Made by a program: the position numbers and the translations under genes. A stretch of DNA of 64,000 bases, taken from assembly GCA_937931205.1 (NCBI GenBank), contig CALHBF010000019.1:79550-143549 (forward strand). The letters are read 5' to 3'. Source of the DNA: an uncultured Bacteriovoracaceae bacterium (GTDB lineage: Bacteria > Bdellovibrionota > Bacteriovoracia > Bacteriovoracales > Bacteriovoracaceae). Below, piece by piece: positions 31,186 through 40,058 of the stretch (the stretch's first letter is position 1; the number at the start of each line of letters is the position of its first letter). Below the pieces are notes generated by a model. That model saw only the letters and a program-made list of their open reading frames with translations. It had not been told where the DNA came from and made no database searches.

Positions 31186-31728
31186 ATGGCCATTAAGTTT
31201 TTACCAGTAATTGAAGAGCAAATGAGTGTTGGTTTTACCGGCAAGGTAAATATTCTCTCTCCGTTTAATCATCAATTTCTAGGTTTTCTACTTTTTAAAG
31301 ATGGCCAAGTAATCAATACCAGATACCAGAATAAAGAAGGCTTAAGGGCTTTTTATCACCTAGGTATCCGCGAATATTATCTGGAAAAACACCAGTATAT
31401 TGTCGAGCCTGAGATTGTTAATGAAGATGAAAAACGAATTCATTATCCGTTCTCAGTCCTAAAAACAAAACTAGATCAGCAAATAAAAATATCTGAGGGG
31501 GTTGAGAAACTCAGGCCTCCTCAGAACCTGAGAATTATTGTTGAGCCACAGGTTATTTCAAAAGACTTTGAGTGTACCCCAGAAGAGTTTAAAGTTCTGG
31601 GCACTTTGACAGAGTGGAATAAAGTCGAAGAGATTTATGATCACTGCTCTTTGCTTGAGCATGAAGTTACTAACGCATTAGTGACTTTAAGAAAAAAGGG
31701 CGCATTAAAAACGATCGGTATGAAATAA
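31186..31728 (+). CDS. Hypothetical protein (PATAN/DUF4388-like N-terminus, wHTH-like C-terminus)
   Basis: FTGKVNI...GFLLFKDGQVI pattern; C-terminal EVTNALVTLRKKGAL. Confidence 0.45.
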   Translation: MAIKFLPVIEEQMSVGFTGKVNILSPFNHQFLGFLLFKDGQVINTRYQNKEGLRAFYHLGIREYYLEKHQYIVEPEIVNEDEKRIHYPFSVLKTKLDQQIKISEGVEKLRPPQNLRIIVEPQVISKDFECTPEEFKVLGTLTEWNKVEEIYDHCSLLEHEVTNALVTLRKKGALKTIGMK

Positions 31729-31737
31729 AGGAGTTTT

Positions 31738-31914
31738 ATGAAAACACAGAAACACAATGAAGGTGAACTAAAAGAACTCAAAGTAAGTATCGAAAAACAA
31801 GTCGTAGATAATGTTCAATTAATGTCAAAAAATACAGGAATGAGTGCCGATGAACTGGTTGTCATTGCCCTGAAAAGATTCTGCTCTTCACATTCAGATT
31901 ATTTAAAAAAGTAA
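31738..31914 (+). CDS. 58-aa ribbon-helix-helix-like small protein (absent from ORF track)
   Basis: AAGGAG RBS then ATG; MKTQKHNEGELKELKVSIEKQVVDNVQLMSKNTGMSADELVVIALKRFCSSHSDYLKK*. Confidence 0.7.
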   Translation: MKTQKHNEGELKELKVSIEKQVVDNVQLMSKNTGMSADELVVIALKRFCSSHSDYLKK

Positions 31915-32003
31915 AAAAAATCGACTAGGTCCAAGAAATTTTTATTTTCTTCCTCCGTCTTGATGTTGTAGAAATATTGCCATTAATCACCTTAAAGGAT
32001 TTT

Positions 32004-32486
32004 ATGAAAGTTCTATGCTGGTCACTGGTTTTACTTTTTTCATCAGGAGTCTTTGCTGGACACCCAACTGAAGATAGCTATATCAAAGACCTGAGAGCGA
32101 GATTTCAAAATGCTCAAAAACCACTTGAGGATGATCTCTATGAGGTTGTCTTTAATTGTGAAGGCCGAAATGCAACGAAGGGAGATTTTAAATCTGACTT
32201 TATTGTTGATGATTTAAGGTTCTTTCGCACTATTGGTTATTTGCCTTTTGCCGATGCCCGTAATTTTAGATTGGATGACCATGCTTTAGTAAGCTTGAAC
32301 TCATCATATGTTGGATATGTTCGCACGAAAGAGAGCGAAGAATACATTGCTTTAAGAGTTGGTTCAAGAGGTGAGTTACTTGTTGAATCCTCTATCCGTT
32401 CAGATGATGTTAATGGCCTTAAACCAATTGTTCGTTACCCACAAAATTATTCCGTAAAATCTTACGGAGTCTGCTACCCCCGCTAA
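32004..32486 (+). CDS. Secreted hypothetical protein
   Basis: AAGGA RBS; signal peptide MKVLCWSLVLLFSSGVFA; terminal C-Y-P-R. Confidence 0.7.
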   Translation: MKVLCWSLVLLFSSGVFAGHPTEDSYIKDLRARFQNAQKPLEDDLYEVVFNCEGRNATKGDFKSDFIVDDLRFFRTIGYLPFADARNFRLDDHALVSLNSSYVGYVRTKESEEYIALRVGSRGELLVESSIRSDDVNGLKPIVRYPQNYSVKSYGVCYPR

Positions 32487-32495
32487 ATCCCCAAT

Positions 32496-32522
32496 GCCAA
32501 AAGGTATGCCGTACCTTTTGGC
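32496..32522. repeat. Palindromic hairpin repeat, copy 1 (REP-like)
   Basis: GCCAAAAGGTA-TGCCG-TACCTTTTGGC; 26 nt identical to 34007-34032. Confidence 0.85.
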
Positions 32523-32622
32523 CTGAATGTCTAAAAGTTGTACAGGTCAGATAGTTGTTTCAAGTCCTCTGGTGAAAAATCTGCTTTTCGTCGATTATTC
32601 TTAAAAATAGAAAGGATAAAAA

Positions 32623-33132
32623 ATGAAAAAAATATTCTCTGTTGCAGTTCTCCTTGTTGTTCTTAGTGCTAATGCTATGGAGTTGCCTCAATATGAGAAT
32701 GGTAAAAAGATCACTGGTTCTGATAAGAAAACCTATGTTGATGCCATCAGTGTTGCTTTTGAAAATAAAAAAATAGACTGCGAAATGAATTATCGACCGA
32801 TTCAGGAAAAGGCCCGCCAAAATATGCTAAAGACGGTGGGTGATCGTCTGACACTTATTTATCAGAACAAAAGTGATCTCGCGACGATGTATCAGATGGA
32901 GAACAATAATCCTGGAATTGTTATTGCGACATCATTTAAGAATAACGGTAAGTCATACTTTGATGAGTTAAGTTTTCATCTATCTCCAGATTCAACAGAA
33001 ATTAGAAGCTTTGAGTTTAACTATTATGAAGTCAATCTTGTGCGGGTAAACGAAGGCTCTATCTTAAATCCCCAAGTGGTGCAGAAGCAAAAGTTATCAC
33101 AAATCAGTGCCGTGAGATGTACCCTCGATTAA
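32623..33132 (+). CDS. Secreted hypothetical protein
   Basis: AAGGA RBS; signal peptide (ANA-M); two Cys, one near the C-terminus. Confidence 0.7.
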   Translation: MKKIFSVAVLLVVLSANAMELPQYENGKKITGSDKKTYVDAISVAFENKKIDCEMNYRPIQEKARQNMLKTVGDRLTLIYQNKSDLATMYQMENNNPGIVIATSFKNNGKSYFDELSFHLSPDSTEIRSFEFNYYEVNLVRVNEGSILNPQVVQKQKLSQISAVRCTLD

Positions 33133-33138
33133 CAGAAC

Positions 33139-33176
33139 TGTCTAAAGGTTAGACACCCCTGTAAATTACTTAGACA
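33139..33176. promoter_or_regulatory. Tandem TGT-N11-ACA palindromes (putative activator/enhancer sites)
   Basis: TGTCTAAAGGTTAGACA (33139-33155) and TGTAAATTACTTAGACA (33160-33176), 21 bp apart. Confidence 0.6.
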
Positions 33177-33214
33177 TACACCAATGTAAGTCCATAAATT
33201 TTCATTCTTTTTCT

Positions 33215-33230
33215 TGGCATTCTGCTTGCT
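33215..33230 (+). promoter_or_regulatory. Sigma54 (-24/-12) promoter
   Basis: TGGCATTCTGCTTGCT = TGGCA..TTGCT with GG-N10-GC spacing. Confidence 0.75.
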
Positions 33231-33256
33231 TATATAAAGGCATCAGGAGTCAGAGT

Positions 33257-33994
33257 ATGAGTAAGAAAAATTGGACAATTTGGGGAACAGCTTTTCTTTT
33301 CACCGTTATCGGTACTTACAACTCTGTTGTTATCGATTCAAAATCAGTTCTTGATAATGCTCACCATTCACTAGTTAAGCGACTTGATCACGAAGGAGTT
33401 AATCGTCCTGCTCGTATGGTTGCTTCAACTGTTAAATGGCAAAAAATTCGTCCTGTGGCCCCACAAAAACAAGTGGCCATTATTCGCCAAGAATTAACTC
33501 CAGCTCAAAACAGTATTGCTGCTGAGGCAGTAGTTTCAGAAGATCTTAATCTTGTTTTAGTTGAAGTGATTAACCCAGAAAAATTTAAAGATGGTCTAGC
33601 TTCGACAGACTTCTCAGGAATGCTGACAACCAATGGCGGTCAGATTGAAACTCTTGAAGTTTCACTTCCAGAAGGTCTTGGTGTTTCGGTTTCTTACTCT
33701 GAAATTAGCGGTAACGTTTTTGAATATGAATCAAATGGTGAAACACAAAGTGGAATGGTTTATCAGGTAGATCAGAATGCTTATATGGTAAGCTTTACTG
33801 CTGGAGCGATGGCGGGAACACGTCTTCGTTTCCAATCTACAGAAGCTATTCAAACAGAAACTCAAAATACTGAACTTGCTGATGCTTCATCTGATGTTGG
33901 TCAATTTGGACAAGAAGGTTATGATGCTGAACAGATGGCCAATCTTGACCGTGATCTTCAAAAACAAGCATTAGATGAAGGTTTTAAATTCTAA
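33257..33994 (+). CDS. Membrane-anchored/exported hypothetical protein
   Basis: AGGAG RBS; N-terminal hydrophobic segment; beta-rich core; acidic tail. Confidence 0.7.
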   Translation: MSKKNWTIWGTAFLFTVIGTYNSVVIDSKSVLDNAHHSLVKRLDHEGVNRPARMVASTVKWQKIRPVAPQKQVAIIRQELTPAQNSIAAEAVVSEDLNLVLVEVINPEKFKDGLASTDFSGMLTTNGGQIETLEVSLPEGLGVSVSYSEISGNVFEYESNGETQSGMVYQVDQNAYMVSFTAGAMAGTRLRFQSTEAIQTETQNTELADASSDVGQFGQEGYDAEQMANLDRDLQKQALDEGFKF

Positions 33995-34006
33995 TATCAC
34001 AAACGT

Positions 34007-34032
34007 CCAAAAGGTATGCCGTACCTTTTGGC
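34007..34032. repeat. Palindromic hairpin repeat, copy 2 (REP-like)
   Basis: CCAAAAGGTATGCCGTACCTTTTGGC, identical to 32497-32522; lies between convergent genes. Confidence 0.85.
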
Positions 34033-34034
34033 AT

Positions 34035-34649
34035 TTATTTTAGGCCTATCATTTTTTCTTCGAGCTCAGTTGTTGAATAAAACCCTACTTTCCCAATCAC
34101 AATTTTAATTTTGGTAAAAGGCATCGGAAGAGTCGCTTTGTTCCAGCTTTTCTCAAAGATCTTGGCACGTGAAACAATCGCTTTTACTGGAACAATGGGG
34201 CGTCCCGTTTTATCAGCGACGTTGGTGATACCTTCCTTTACTTTGTAGATCGGGCCTTTAGGTCCATCCACCGCAATCGTTAGGCTATAACCCTCCTTGC
34301 ACTTCTTCATCAGTGCCAGGAGCCCAGCGACTCCACCACGATGGCTTGATCCACGAACGGTATCGTAACCCATATGTTCAACGGCAGAAGCAAGAATTTG
34401 GCCGTCTTTGGACTGAGAAATAAGGATGACAATCTTTTTACCTGAAAAATAGGGAAGACAGCTTAAATCATCTTGATGAAAACAAGCATAGATAAGATTT
34501 TTGCCTAAATGAGGTTTAGGAGTTGAGAGATCTTCAAAAACAATTTTTCGATCAGCTTCATTTTCAAACTGAAGCTCATATCGGAATGTTGAAGAATAGG
34601 TTTTATAAAGAAAGCCGGCCAAAAGGCCGGCGAATTTTTGAAGTAGCAA
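34035..34649 (-). CDS. DUF374 / lysophospholipid acyltransferase-family protein
   Basis: LISQSKDGQ, VRGSSHRGG, AVDGPKGP, SWNK..LPMPF. Confidence 0.85.
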   Translation of the reverse strand: MLLQKFAGLLAGFLYKTYSSTFRYELQFENEADRKIVFEDLSTPKPHLGKNLIYACFHQDDLSCLPYFSGKKIVILISQSKDGQILASAVEHMGYDTVRGSSHRGGVAGLLALMKKCKEGYSLTIAVDGPKGPIYKVKEGITNVADKTGRPIVPVKAIVSRAKIFEKSWNKATLPMPFTKIKIVIGKVGFYSTTELEEKMIGLK

Positions 34650-35612
34650 TTATTTTCCTAAAAGCTTCTTGAATTCTTCTTTCATGATCGGAACGATTGT
34701 GAACAAGTCACCAACGATACCGTAATCAGCTTTTGTGAAGATCGGAGCATCTGGATCAGTATTGATGGCAACGATTACTTTAGAAGTTCTCATACCAGCA
34801 AGGTGTTGAATTGCTCCAGAGATACCACAAGCAATGTAGAGAGAAGGAGCAACTGTTTTACCAGTTTGTCCAACTTGCATAGCGTGTGGAGCAAATCCTG
34901 AATCTACAGCTGCACGAGATGCACCAACTGTTGCACCGATTGTATCAGCAAGCTCTTCAAGAATTTTGAAGTTTTCAGCAGATTTCATAGCACGGCCACC
35001 AGAAACAATAATGTTTGCTTCTGTTAAATCTACTTTTGAACTTGCAGCTTTTACGATTTCAGCAATCGCAGCACGGATATTTCCAGCATCAGCAGCAACA
35101 TCGTGAGCAGCACCTGCACCAGCAGTTAATCCTTCAGTCATACCAAGAGCGTTTGGACGAATTGATACGAAGTGAGGCTTAGGTCCTGTTAGTTCAACTT
35201 TAGCAAGACACTTACCTGCAAATAGTGGACGAGTTCCTGCGAACACTCCGCCATCCATTGTGAAGTTAACAACGTCTGAAGCAAGACCAGCATCAAACTG
35301 AGTTGCTAGACGTGGAAGAAGATCTTTACCCATAGAAGTAGCTCCACCGAAAACGTAGTCATAAGACTTCGATTTGATGAAGTTAGCTAGAGCATTAGCG
35401 TAACCTTCTGGAGAATACTTATCTAGGTTTGAACCTTTAAGTTTATGAACGTTTGCAGCTCCGTGCTTTGCAAGAACGGCAACTTCCTCACTTGAAAGAT
35501 CACCAATTACTGCAACGTCTGTTGTTTGACCAGCTAGTTTTCCTAGGATTTCTAGAGTAACAGGCTTTACTTTTCCATCATGTAATTCTGTAAATACTAA
35601 TACGTTTGCCAT
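34650..35612 (-). CDS. etfA: Electron transfer flavoprotein alpha subunit
   Basis: VSGGR, GASRAAVD, QVGQTGK, GISGAIQHLAG. Confidence 0.97.
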   Translation of the reverse strand: MANVLVFTELHDGKVKPVTLEILGKLAGQTTDVAVIGDLSSEEVAVLAKHGAANVHKLKGSNLDKYSPEGYANALANFIKSKSYDYVFGGATSMGKDLLPRLATQFDAGLASDVVNFTMDGGVFAGTRPLFAGKCLAKVELTGPKPHFVSIRPNALGMTEGLTAGAGAAHDVAADAGNIRAAIAEIVKAASSKVDLTEANIIVSGGRAMKSAENFKILEELADTIGATVGASRAAVDSGFAPHAMQVGQTGKTVAPSLYIACGISGAIQHLAGMRTSKVIVAINTDPDAPIFTKADYGIVGDLFTIVPIMKEEFKKLLGK

Positions 35613-35630
35613 AACGCGATTCCTTTTAAA

Positions 35631-36419
35631 TTAGATTACTTTTGCTTCTGTACGAAGAAGTCCAACAACCTGAGCTACAACTTCTTTTTGTTTTGCAGCG
35701 TCAGTTGCATCAAATTTCTTACCAGCTGGTTTTTCAGGTGGAAGACGGAAGCCAGAGTACTTCACACGTCTGTCAGCGTCTGTTACACCAACATCACTAA
35801 GTGAGTACTGAGCAAGAGGTTTTTTCTTCGCTTTCATAATTCCTGGAAGAGAAGCATATCTTGGAGTGTTAAGACCTTTGTTAGCAGCAAGAAGACATGG
35901 AGTATTTACTGCGTAAACTTCTAGAGCTCCACCTTCAATTTCTCTTTTTACTTTTACAGTTGAACCGCTTAGTTCAAAACCAACGATTACAGAAACAGAA
36001 GGAAGGTCAAGCATTTGAGCTAGAACTTGTGGAACTTGAAGAGCATCATCATCAATAGCTTGCTTACCAGTCAGAATCATATCTGGTTTTTTACCAGACT
36101 TTTCAATAGCACCTTTGAGAGCTTTTGCAATTGAGTAAGAGTCAAGGTTGTCTTGAGCTTCTACTAGAATGGCATCATCTGCACCCATCGCCATAGCTGT
36201 TCTAAGAGCTTCAGTATCTTTTACTGAACCAACACGAACAACAGTTACGTTAGCAGCAGGATTTGAAGCTTTAACCAGAAGAGCTTGCTCAACAGCGAAC
36301 TCATCATAAGGGTTCATAATCCATTTAATAGAATTTGTTTCAATGAAACTACCATCAGCTGTTGGAGTGATTTTAGTTTCTGTGTCTGGAACTTGTTTCA
36401 CGCACACAAAAATATTCAT
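35631..36419 (-). CDS. etfB: Electron transfer flavoprotein beta subunit
   Basis: VCVKQVPD, NPYDEFAVE, GKQAIDDD, NTPRYASL. Confidence 0.97.
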   Translation of the reverse strand: MNIFVCVKQVPDTETKITPTADGSFIETNSIKWIMNPYDEFAVEQALLVKASNPAANVTVVRVGSVKDTEALRTAMAMGADDAILVEAQDNLDSYSIAKALKGAIEKSGKKPDMILTGKQAIDDDALQVPQVLAQMLDLPSVSVIVGFELSGSTVKVKREIEGGALEVYAVNTPCLLAANKGLNTPRYASLPGIMKAKKKPLAQYSLSDVGVTDADRRVKYSGFRLPPEKPAGKKFDATDAAKQKEVVAQVVGLLRTEAKVI

Positions 36420-36441
36420 AGTTGCTCCTTTTACGAGTCGA

Positions 36442-37578
36442 TTATTTCAATAATTCACGGGCCATCACCAGACGTTGAATCTGAGAAGTCCCTTCATAGA
36501 TTTGGATGAGTTTTGCATCCCTCATGAGCTTTTCAACAGGGTACTCTTTTGAGTAACCGTAACCTCCATAAATTTGTACTGCATCTGTCGTGATTTGCAT
36601 ACAAGAGTCAGAGGCAAAAGCCTTGGCATAAGAGGCGATTTCAGTATTTCGGATTCCCTGGTCACACAACCAAGCTGCTTTGTGGATAAGAAGTCTTGAT
36701 GCTTCAATTTTCATACCCATTTCAGCAATCATAAATTGAATGGCCTGATGTTTTGCGAGAGGAACTCCAAATTGGATTCGTTCTTTTGAGTATTGGATCG
36801 ATAAATCCATCGCTCTTTGGGCCCCACCAAGTGCGCTTGATGCGACTAATGGGCGAGAGTGGTCTAGCGTATTCATAGCAATGGACCAGCCGTCTCCTGG
36901 ATTGCCAAGCATGTTTTCTTTAGGAACTTTCACATTATTAAAACGAACGCCGCGAGTATCGCTTGAGCGGTGTCCCATTTTATCTTCTTTTTTGCCAAGA
37001 ACAATGCCTTCCGTTTTGCCATCAACTACCAGAGCACAAATCCCTTTGTGCTTTAAGGCCGGATCAAGTGTGGCATAAACAACGAAAAGATCGGCATAGC
37101 CTGCATTGGTGATCCACATCTTCTCACCGTTAATAATCCAATGATCTCCACCATCTTTTACTGAGGTTTTAATACCAGCAGCATCAGAACCATTACCTGG
37201 CTCTGTTAAGCAGAATGAGGCCACTCGAAACTCAGTAGTGAACGGAGTAAGGAATTTTTTCTTTTGTTCGTCATTGCCTCCTAAAACAATTGGAAGGAGA
37301 GCAAGATCATTGGCCATAAATGAAGTATTAAACCCCATACAACCATAAGAGAGAGCTTCAGAAATGATAACGGAATCGAGAGCAGAAAAACCAGCACCGC
37401 CATACTCAGCAGGAATGCAGGTGTTGATAAGCCCTAATTCCCAAGCCTTTTTGAAAATATCTTTTGGGAATTTTCCTTCTTCATCAAATTGAGCTGCTAC
37501 CGGAATAATTTCGTTGCGGGAAAATTTCAGGGCAAGCTCTTTAATCTCAATCTGTTCTTGAGTTAATCCGAATTCCAT
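36442..37578 (-). CDS. Acyl-CoA dehydrogenase
   Basis: CLTEPGNGSD, NGEKMWITN, ERIQFG, QIYGGYGY, QIYEGTSQIQ. Confidence 0.95.
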   Translation of the reverse strand: MEFGLTQEQIEIKELALKFSRNEIIPVAAQFDEEGKFPKDIFKKAWELGLINTCIPAEYGGAGFSALDSVIISEALSYGCMGFNTSFMANDLALLPIVLGGNDEQKKKFLTPFTTEFRVASFCLTEPGNGSDAAGIKTSVKDGGDHWIINGEKMWITNAGYADLFVVYATLDPALKHKGICALVVDGKTEGIVLGKKEDKMGHRSSDTRGVRFNNVKVPKENMLGNPGDGWSIAMNTLDHSRPLVASSALGGAQRAMDLSIQYSKERIQFGVPLAKHQAIQFMIAEMGMKIEASRLLIHKAAWLCDQGIRNTEIASYAKAFASDSCMQITTDAVQIYGGYGYSKEYPVEKLMRDAKLIQIYEGTSQIQRLVMARELLK

Positions 37579-37600
37579 AAATCAATCCTTGAATCTTGTT

Positions 37601-38062
37601 TTAAACTGGAACCGCTTCTATTGTAAAAGAAGTTGGAATTTTATGCCATGATGAAATTTGTTCAAAGACAGGAAGCTCTTGTAGCGGGCGAACTACGAAG
37701 CTGCGCTCCATCCAGCGCGGATGTGGGATTGTAATATGATCGGAATTTAATTCCACCTTGTCCCAGAAAATAATGTCGATATCAATCGTTCTTGGGCCGC
37801 GTAAAATCTGACGAGTTCGCCCCAGATTCTTTTCAATGGCCAAACAGAGATCCATCGACTGACCGGGCGTTAGGTTGGTTGGAGTCTTAAACTCCAGTAC
37901 TTGGTTATAAAAATCAGGCTGATTAAGATAATCGACGGCCGGTGACTTATAAATTCGTGATTGGGCCACTAGTTCAAAATGCTGGGCTAGTTCATCTTTG
38001 GCATTTTGAAGATGCTTAATTGATTCTCCGACATTAGAACCGAGAGCAATAATGAGAGACAT
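37601..38062 (-). CDS. folK: 2-amino-4-hydroxy-6-hydroxymethyldihydropteridine pyrophosphokinase
   Basis: IALGSNVG, QPDFYN, GPRTIDIDII, IPHPR..ERSFV..PL. Confidence 0.95.
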   Translation of the reverse strand: MSLIIALGSNVGESIKHLQNAKDELAQHFELVAQSRIYKSPAVDYLNQPDFYNQVLEFKTPTNLTPGQSMDLCLAIEKNLGRTRQILRGPRTIDIDIIFWDKVELNSDHITIPHPRWMERSFVVRPLQELPVFEQISSWHKIPTSFTIEAVPV

Positions 38063-38223
38063 TACCTAAAGGCCTTCTCTACACTTTTTTCATTATCAAT
38101 ATGTGTATCTGGATAGTTTTGCATGAAAGAGGGAAGTGTCTTGCCCTTAGGGGCAGCAGGTGGTCCTTTCACTCCGCAAGCGGAAACAAGAAATACAAAG
38201 AAGAAAATTATTTTAAAATTCAA
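38062..38223 (-). CDS. 53-aa lipoprotein, LptM/YifL-like (absent from ORF track)
   Basis: TTG start; MNFKIIFFFVFLVSA-CGVKGPPAAP...; stop overlaps the folK ATG (TAATG). Confidence 0.7.
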   Translation of the reverse strand: MNFKIIFFFVFLVSACGVKGPPAAPKGKTLPSFMQNYPDTHIDNEKSVEKAFR

Positions 38224-39178
38224 TGCTAAATCCTAGATCTATGATGTCTGACCCCACGTTAGCTTTTACAAACCAACCTGGTACTAAACGTCTTAATACA
38301 GTTACACCGAAAACGGCACCACTTTTTTCAAGTTTACTGATGGCTTCGTCTTCTTGAGCTGCAATAGAAAGATCTGCTGTCTTACCTGCGTCAGGAGAAG
38401 AGACTGACTGCATACGAAAACCAACATAAGGCTGGAAATATGTATAAAGAGGTCCCTTGATATTATATTTCAAACGTCCAACAAGATTATTAACAACCGT
38501 TGATTTTCCTTCATTGGGAAAATCGTTAAAACTTGCTCGAGAGTAAACGCCTTCTACATAGTAGTTATCAGCAAACTGATAACCCCATGAAAGACCAATC
38601 ATCATAGATCTTCTATTAGAACCTTGAGAGGCGATTTCTGCAGCATCAAGATAAGATCCATGCAACCCAACAAGGTTATCAGGTTTAATGTGACGGTTTT
38701 TATTTTCATCGAAGACTGAAAGATCGTCCTCAATCATAACGTCACCAGTATAAAGATCATCTTCGTTTTTAATTTTGTTTTCTGTCGGGGCCTGAGGAAT
38801 GGCCTGTCTTTCAAATTGTGAATCATCTCCACGAATAATTTGAACTTCTTGATCACGACGTAACTTTGTCCACTGGGCCATTGAATAGATCTTGAGGATT
38901 TTCACACCAACCTGACCTTGATGAATTTTGGCCACCACCGCACGGGCCGCAAGTTTATCCTCTAAAGCGATGGAAATGAAATCTCCGACTGTCAGAACTT
39001 GGTTGTTATTGGTAATAACAAAAATTCTTTTAGAGCCAGAAATAATTTTTATTGTTTCTAATATAACATTACTTTGATCCCCGCCTCTATAGAGGTTAGC
39101 GTCATCAACTAGGGACTGGGCCTTTGTAAACGAGGGGATAAGAAGAATAAAGCATAATAAAACGATAAATTTACTCAT
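38213..39178 (-). CDS. Outer-membrane beta-barrel protein with N-terminal beta domain
   Basis: Signal peptide; C-terminal OmpA-like strands (YFQPYVG); ends LGFSIEF. Confidence 0.65.
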   Translation of the reverse strand: MSKFIVLLCFILLIPSFTKAQSLVDDANLYRGGDQSNVILETIKIISGSKRIFVITNNNQVLTVGDFISIALEDKLAARAVVAKIHQGQVGVKILKIYSMAQWTKLRRDQEVQIIRGDDSQFERQAIPQAPTENKIKNEDDLYTGDVMIEDDLSVFDENKNRHIKPDNLVGLHGSYLDAAEIASQGSNRRSMMIGLSWGYQFADNYYVEGVYSRASFNDFPNEGKSTVVNNLVGRLKYNIKGPLYTYFQPYVGFRMQSVSSPDAGKTADLSIAAQEDEAISKLEKSGAVFGVTVLRRLVPGWFVKANVGSDIIDLGFSIEF

Positions 39179-39300
39179 GATCAGATTATTCTAAATGATT
39201 TTGACAAAAGACGTAAGTTGAACACCGAAAAATATAAATTGATAGATTGAGTCAGGCTTTATAAAACATTATCCCTATCCAGAAACTTTGGGAGTTCGAC

Positions 39301-39975
39301 ATGTCTGAATTGGCCTATCAGCAGCTTGCTAATACCTCTAACCGCCTTTTTGTGGTGGTTGCGGGTAATATCGGGAGCGGCAAAACAACGCTAACTAAAA
39401 AGCTATCTGAGCAGTTGGGCTGGAAACCTCATTTTGAATCAGTGCAGGACAATCCGTATCTTGCCGATTTCTACGATGATATGAGCCGCTGGTCATTCCC
39501 ATTACAAGTTTATTTCCTTAATCACCGCTTTAATACTCATAAAGAAATTGAATCGATGCAGGCAAGTTCGGTGCAGGATCGCTCTATCTATGAAGACGCC
39601 AATATTTTTGCTCGTTCGCTTTATGAGCAAGGGAAACTGGATGAGCGTGATTATTTAAATTATAAAAACCTCTATGATTCCATGATTAAATATCTTAGTC
39701 CGCCGACGCTGATGGTTTTCCTTCGTCGTTCAGTTCCTAAACTTCAAGAACGTATTAAACTTCGCGGCCGCGATTATGAACAAGCTATTCCTGAAGAATA
39801 TCTGAGCAGTCTTAATCACTATTACGATGAATGGTATAAGAGTTATAATCTAGGAAAATCATTGATTGTCGATACTGATGAGTTGGATTTCCTCGACAAT
39901 GAAGAACATTTCAATCGCCTGGTGAAAAGAATTTGGGATTCAATTGACCAAAAAGATATGTTTTTTCATTTCTAA
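39301..39975 (+). CDS. Deoxynucleoside kinase (dAK/dCK/dGK family)
   Basis: AGNIGSGKTT, NPYLADFY, QDRSIYED, RGRDYE. Confidence 0.93.
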   Translation: MSELAYQQLANTSNRLFVVVAGNIGSGKTTLTKKLSEQLGWKPHFESVQDNPYLADFYDDMSRWSFPLQVYFLNHRFNTHKEIESMQASSVQDRSIYEDANIFARSLYEQGKLDERDYLNYKNLYDSMIKYLSPPTLMVFLRRSVPKLQERIKLRGRDYEQAIPEEYLSSLNHYYDEWYKSYNLGKSLIVDTDELDFLDNEEHFNRLVKRIWDSIDQKDMFFHF

Positions 39976-39993
39976 TTTTTTAATAAGAACTAG

Positions 39994-40021
39994 TTAATTT
40001 TTTCTCACTCCCTGACGATAA
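39994..40021 (+). promoter_or_regulatory. Putative sigma28-type promoter
   Basis: TTAATTTT-N12-GACGATAA upstream of the LysM lipoprotein gene. Confidence 0.45.
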
Positions 40022-40058
40022 ACACTTAGAATATAATCTGTTTATACAAGTACAGGGA

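Noticed and set aside
32570-32597. Possible sigma54 (TGGTGAAAAATCTGCT) or sigma28 (GTCGATTA) promoter before 32623
   Set aside because: GG-N10-GC spacing is present but the flanks are poor, and the sigma28 -10 box lacks a -35 at the expected spacing. Too weak to call.
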